Source: an uncultured Elusimicrobiaceae bacterium (lineage in GTDB: Bacteria; Elusimicrobiota; Elusimicrobia; Elusimicrobiales; UBA9959). From it: 29,367 nucleotides of DNA. Both the position numbers and the translations under genes were made by a program. The DNA lies in contig CAZVWK010000016.1 of assembly GCA_964631475.1 (NCBI GenBank), positions 1 through 29,367 on the forward strand, given 5' to 3'. Under the pieces are notes generated by a model. The model made no database searches, was not told the DNA's origin, and saw nothing but the letters and a program-made list of their open reading frames with translations. This document shows positions 29,026 to 29,367 of the stretch, one piece after another. Numbering within the stretch: the stretch's first letter is position 1; every line of letters begins with the position of its first letter.

Positions 29026-29367
29026 TTAACCCGGGGGCCACTGGAGCCGCCTGCCGCCGAGCAGGTGGTAGTGCAGATGGTCCACAACCTGGCCGGCCTT
29101 GCGGCCGTTGTTGACCACCAGCCTGAAACCGTCCCCTACTCCGAGTTGCGCCGCTATTTTGCCCGCTGTCAGTTGCAGCCGGCCCAGCATGGCCGCGTCC
29201 TCGGAATCCGCGTCGGAAAGCTTCGGGATGTGCTTTTTCGGCACTATCAGCACGTGGGTGGGGGCCTGGGGATTGAGGTCCAGGAACGCCACCATGTCCC
29301 CGTCTTCCAGGACCATCCTGGCCTTCGCCTCTCCTGAGGCTATCTTGCAAAAAATACAGTCGGACAT
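29026..29367 (-). CDS. HIT-domain (HINT-like) hydrolase
   Basis: CIFCKIASGEAKARMVLEDGDMVAFLDLNPQAPTHVLIVPKKHI...GQVVDHLHYHLLGGRRLQWPPG. The start codon is exactly at the window edge. Confidence 0.94.
   Translation of the reverse strand: MSDCIFCKIASGEAKARMVLEDGDMVAFLDLNPQAPTHVLIVPKKHIPKLSDADSEDAAMLGRLQLTAGKIAAQLGVGDGFRLVVNNGRKAGQVVDHLHYHLLGGRRLQWPPG

Overview
High-GC bacterial chromosomal window, mostly housekeeping genes, with one accessory block. Plus-strand order: 5'-truncated ABC-F ATPase; typA/bipA; a secreted hypothetical; a decayed YihY/BrkB remnant (minus strand); a deaminase resembling yeast FCY1 cytosine deaminase; a glycine-rich RRM protein; a cupin with a duplicated translation start; a disrupted DUF438/PAS gene; a split membrane ORF; and a class-A-type serine hydrolase. 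Next is an 8-gene arsenic/thiol-redox operon: arsR, a permease interrupted by an in-frame TAG, a CxxC thioredoxin-fold protein, a thioredoxin-like protein, an ArsG/CcdA-like permease, arsM, arsC and acr3. A PhnD-like lipoprotein and a lone receiver-domain protein follow it. The rest is a decayed FadL/OmpP1 remnant, a secreted hypothetical, cysE, a Nudix hydrolase, anmK, a squalene/phytoene synthase-family gene and an OmpA-like lipoprotein. On the minus strand are obgE/rpmA/rplU and the macromolecular-synthesis operon HIT-rpsU-dnaG-rpoD. The best leads are: (1) the arsenic operon, with a near-consensus promoter whose operator-like palindrome overlaps the -10 element and the arsR start codon, which predicts a leaderless transcript; (2) two in-frame TAG codons inside otherwise collinear genes; (3) several genes with apparent internal deletions and one-base shifts in short homopolymers, consistent with either gene decay or assembly error; (4) the FCY1-like deaminase. 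I found no CRISPR array, tRNA, rRNA, transposase or clear defence system. All family assignments are from reading motifs and recall; no searches were run.
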